In this document: positions 23,130-26,863 of the stretch, in pieces | How the letters are laid out: every line of letters begins with the position of its first letter | Position numbering within the stretch: the stretch's first letter is position 1 | Source of the DNA: Octopus sinensis | Taxonomy: Eukaryota | Assembly: GCF_006345805.1 (NCBI RefSeq) | Contig: NW_021834081.1 | Location: 1 to 26,863, forward strand | Length of the DNA stretch: 26,863 nucleotides | Reading direction: 5' to 3' | The notes under the pieces: model-generated | Database searches by the model: none | What the model was told of the DNA's origin: nothing | The model's input: only the letters and a program-made list of their open reading frames with translations | Made by a program: the position numbers and the translations under genes

Positions 23130-23545
23130 ACATAATAAGTAATAAAATGAAAAAACAAAGACAACATTAAAAACAACAAAAAAAAAAAAACATAACAAAA
23201 AAAATAAAATAAAAATTTTCACAATTTTGTTTCTTAATTTCAATTGTGAAAGAAATTCATGCAAAGATTTAAAAAAAAAATACTAATAAAACAAAAATAC
23301 AAATTAAAATAATAAAATAAAATGTAAAACGAAGCAAAAGTTAATTAAAAATGGTGAAAAACAGAGAAGGTAAAAAATGCAAATAGTTTAGAAATATAAA
23401 ATAAAATAAAAACATAAAAGTATAAATAAAATTATAAAAAGGTAAAAATGTGTAAAAATGCAGAAACAAAAAAAAACCCTAAAAAATGTAAAACAAATAG
23501 AAAAGAAACGTCAAAATGTAAATAAGATGTAAATATATTCAAAAA
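23130..23545. repeat. A-rich low-complexity tract
   Basis: Direct reading. Confidence 0.85.
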
Positions 23546-23954
23546 ATGGAGACGTTATTTTTTTGTTTTCTCTTTCCATTGTTCCCAACATAAAATAAAA
23601 TGTCTATTACATGGAAATTGCATACATAAATCACTACATACATACAAATATACATATATACATACAGTCAAACACACATACACAGATACACACATACACA
23701 CACACAAACAAACAGAAGCATACACACATATATAGGAAGAAAATCATGAACGCAAGTGAAAAGCAGTGAAATTCGGGTAAAAATACATCACTAGAGGCAA
23801 GAAGTGGTCAGCAGCTACTAGATGGATTCTGACTCTGTCTCCTCTCAATGTATATGTACATACATACATATTACATACATATATATAATATATATATATA
23901 TATATATTATATATATAATATATACATATATATATATATATTTATATAAATATT

Positions 23955-24002
<48 letters not shown>

Positions 24003-24007
24003 ATATT

Positions 24008-24303
24008 ATCACATGATCACCGTGACTGATCAGGCAATCGATGTTGCTATACATCACTGGTCACAATGCGCTTCGCACTGTTTTAGCCTTCAAATGACGC
24101 CACCCCGCTGGCTAAGCGAGCAGGCCAACAGAAGAAAGAGTGAGAGAAAGTTGTGGCGAAAGAGTACAGCAGGGATCCCCCCCCCACTCTGCCGGAGCCT
24201 CGTGGAGCCTTTAGGTGTTTTCGCTCAATAAACACTCACAACGCCCTGTCTGGGAATCAAAACCGCGAGTCCGCTGCCTTAACCACAACGCCATTGCGCC
24301 TCA

Positions 24304-24305
<2 letters not shown>
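24008..24305 (-). mobile_element. tRNA-derived SINE, head 2 + tail Z
   Basis: 24127-24305 matches 1458-1647; 24008-24126 is an unrelated tail. Confidence 0.82.
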
Positions 24306-24345
<40 letters not shown>

Positions 24346-24531
24346 ACACACACACACACAACACACACTCACACACACACACATATATATATGAGAGGTT
24401 TTGTAAGGCTATGTAAGTGCTACGCAATAAATGGACTCAAAGTCTCCACACTGTCCATTTGTATGAACAAAATATGAACTCTTATCAGTTCTATTGAACT
24501 CTATTATCTTCTTCTACTTAACTCTCTCATA

Positions 24532-24580
24532 TAGTCTCTGATGAAGGGATATTCTATATCCTTGAAACACTGTAAGACTA
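24532..24580 (+). ncRNA. Minimal type I hammerhead ribozyme with intact catalytic core
   Basis: UAGUCU-CUGAUGA-AGGGAUAU-UCU-AUAUCCUU-GAAA-C-ACU-GUA/AGACUA. Helix I 6 bp, helix II 8 bp, helix III 2 bp, GUA triplet; predicted cleavage after 24574. Confidence 0.75.
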
Positions 24581-24649
24581 CCTCTCTCTTTATAAACGTC
24601 CTGGAAATTTCACACCGCCTTGGTTTTGTTATTTCATTTTATTTAACAT

Positions 24650-24735
24650 ATATATATACATGCACACATCCATCCATCCATCCATCATCACCATCCATCC
24701 ATCCATCCATCCATCCATACTTACATATATACATA

Positions 24736-24799
<64 letters not shown>

Positions 24800-24888
24800 G
24801 TTTATATGTAGGAATGAATGTATGTATGTGCGTGTCTTTATATGTTTGTATATTTATACGTAAATATGTGTGTGTGTGTATGTATTAT

Positions 24889-24930
<42 letters not shown>

Positions 24931-25017
24931 TGTATAAGAGTATATAAGAAATGTGTATATATTACTATATATACATGTTTATATATACACAAATGCATAT
25001 ACGTGTGCATATATATA

Positions 25018-25049
<32 letters not shown>

Positions 25050-25083
25050 ATATAATAAATATATATATATATATATATATATA

Positions 25084-25119
<36 letters not shown>

Positions 25120-25165
25120 ATATATACATGTACACGCACATATACTCACACGTACACACATGTAC
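24650..25165. repeat. (CATC)n and long (TA)n compound microsatellite
   Basis: Direct reading. Confidence 0.95.
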
Positions 25166-25632
25166 GCAGTTGCATATGTGTATACAATAATTATGTTTCG
25201 CATAAATTTCCGCGAAATGTTGTCAGCTTTCAAAATGAGATCAGTGGGTTGTTGGTCACTTAGTGTTCTCCTAATTAACCGTCGTTGGAAATAGCTCTTG
25301 GTTGTACTTGCCAGTTATTCGGCTCCTGTTATTATTATCAACATCGACGTAATCGCTGCTGTTTCTGCCGCTGCTGCTGCTGCTGCTGTTTACTGCCTCC
25401 ACTGCTACTACTACTGCTGCTGCTGTTGTTGTTGTTGTTGCAATTACTGTTCGCTGTTGCTGCGGCTGTGGTTTGGTGTTTTCGCGATTATTGCTGCTGA
25501 TCAATTCATTATAAATTATTATTATTGTTGCTGTTGGTGGTACCTTAACATCGCTTTTGTTTTTGCTCCTGCTACACATTTTTTTCTTGCTTAGTTGTTC
25601 TGCTTAGTTGCTGCTGTTGCTACTGTTGTTGA

Positions 25633-25671
<39 letters not shown>

Positions 25672-25759
25672 ACACACCTTCCCCTCCCAACTCCCTCGAT
25701 CTTTTCGAATATAAATTAATGATTTAAGTACTGAATATCTGTATTTTTATTATGTGCTG

Positions 25760-26375
25760 CAGTCGTCGTCACCGTTGTTGTTGCTGCTGTTGTTATCGGT
25801 GGTGGTGGTGGTGGTGGTGATGGAGGTGGTGGTGGTTGTGGTGGTGGTGGTGGTGTTGGTTGCCGTGGTGTTAGTGGTTGTGGTGGTGGTGTTAGTGGTT
25901 GTGGTAGTGTTAGTGGTTGTGGTGGTGGTGGTGGTGGTGTTAGTTGGTGTGGTTGTGGTGATGGTAATGTTAGTGGTTGTGGTGGTGGTGGTGATATTAG
26001 TGGTTGTGGTGGTGATGGTGGTTGTGGTGGTGTTAGTGGTTGTGGTGGTGGTGGTGTTAGTGGTGGTGGTGTTAGTTGGTGTGGTTGTGGTGGTGGTGTT
26101 AGTGGTTGTGATGGTAATGTTAGTGGTTGTGGTGGTGGTGGTGGTGTTAGTGGTGGTGGTGGTGGTGTTAGTGGTTGTGGTGGTGGTGTTAGTGGTTGTG
26201 ATGGTGGTGGTAGTGTAAGTGGTTGTGGTGGTGGTGGTGGTGATGTTAGTGGTTGTAGTGTTGCTGTTAGTGGTTGTGGTGGTTGTGGCGGTGGTTATGG
26301 TGGTGGTGGTGCTGGTGCTGGTGCTTGTGATGGTGTTGGCTGTTGTTGTAGAGGCGGTGTTTTTGCTGTTGTTAT
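25760..26375. repeat. (GGT/GTT/GTTAGT) in-phase trinucleotide-based satellite
   Basis: Recurrent GGTGGTGTTAGTGGTTGT units. Confidence 0.92.
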
Positions 26376-26801
26376 TTTCCATGTTACTTTTGGGGTTCTG
26401 TTCCCCTTTTTGAATGTAAAGAACTGTGATCGAAAGTATTCTAGCCACGACCATTCCGACTTTAGCTGCGTGACATTGAAGTGGGGATTCAGGTTCCTAT
26501 TTGAGACAAATCAATCCTTCCCTCGTTCCATGAAAAATCAAATGCGATTCAACAGAAGACCCTCTATGTGGTTGCTTGACATGTTAGAAAGAGTAACCTG
26601 ACCTCTCTTACATCATACCCTTCTATTTCGACAGAACTAGATAACGTAAGACTGAAACATAACTGGTATGTCTTTGCCATTAGGTCTACACAAGAGGGAA
26701 TGGCCAAGCTCTAAACAATTACAAGAACATGTTGGGCCGGTGATGTTGGGGAATTATCGGGGTTGTAATATTGGAGGAAATTAGTTGAAAAAGCAGAGCG
26801 A

Positions 26802-26863
26802 GCAGGAGTGGCGGTGTGGTAAGTAGCTTGATTACCAACGACAAGTGTCTTCTACTATAGCCT
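26802..26863 (+). mobile_element. SINE family B head with the B-box segment deleted; runs off the window end
   Basis: GCAGGAGTGGCGGTGTGGTAAGTAGCTTGATTACCAAC|GACAAGTGTCTTCTACTATAGCCT. Confidence 0.8.

Noticed and set aside
25860-26200. Telomere-like GTTAGTGG units
   Set aside because: Not TTAGGG; better explained as variants of the (GGT)n tract.

Overview
AT-rich, repeat-saturated eukaryotic non-coding DNA with no credible intact host gene. The SINE families and very dense (TA)/(CA)/(ATT) microsatellites look like an octopus (coleoid cephalopod) intron or intergenic region; this assignment is recollection-based inference and was not checked. Contents: about 13 tRNA-headed SINE copies or fragments built from interchangeable head and tail modules; two decayed 3' ends of restriction-like-endonuclease (Dong/R4-type) LINEs, both abutting (TAA)n arrays; a decayed Ty3/gypsy gag; an internally deleted mariner; a Tc2/pogo-like MITE; a probable non-autonomous Helitron; five long fold-back inverted repeats; and a 7-unit minisatellite. 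Most ORFs in the track are microsatellite read-throughs. The most interesting signal is a set of minimal type I hammerhead-ribozyme motifs. One has an intact catalytic core (24532-24580). The others are variant or relic forms in at least four further repeat contexts: a 3-copy Penelope-like terminus family, the apex of a fold-back, both arms of another fold-back, and the body of a tRNA-SINE.
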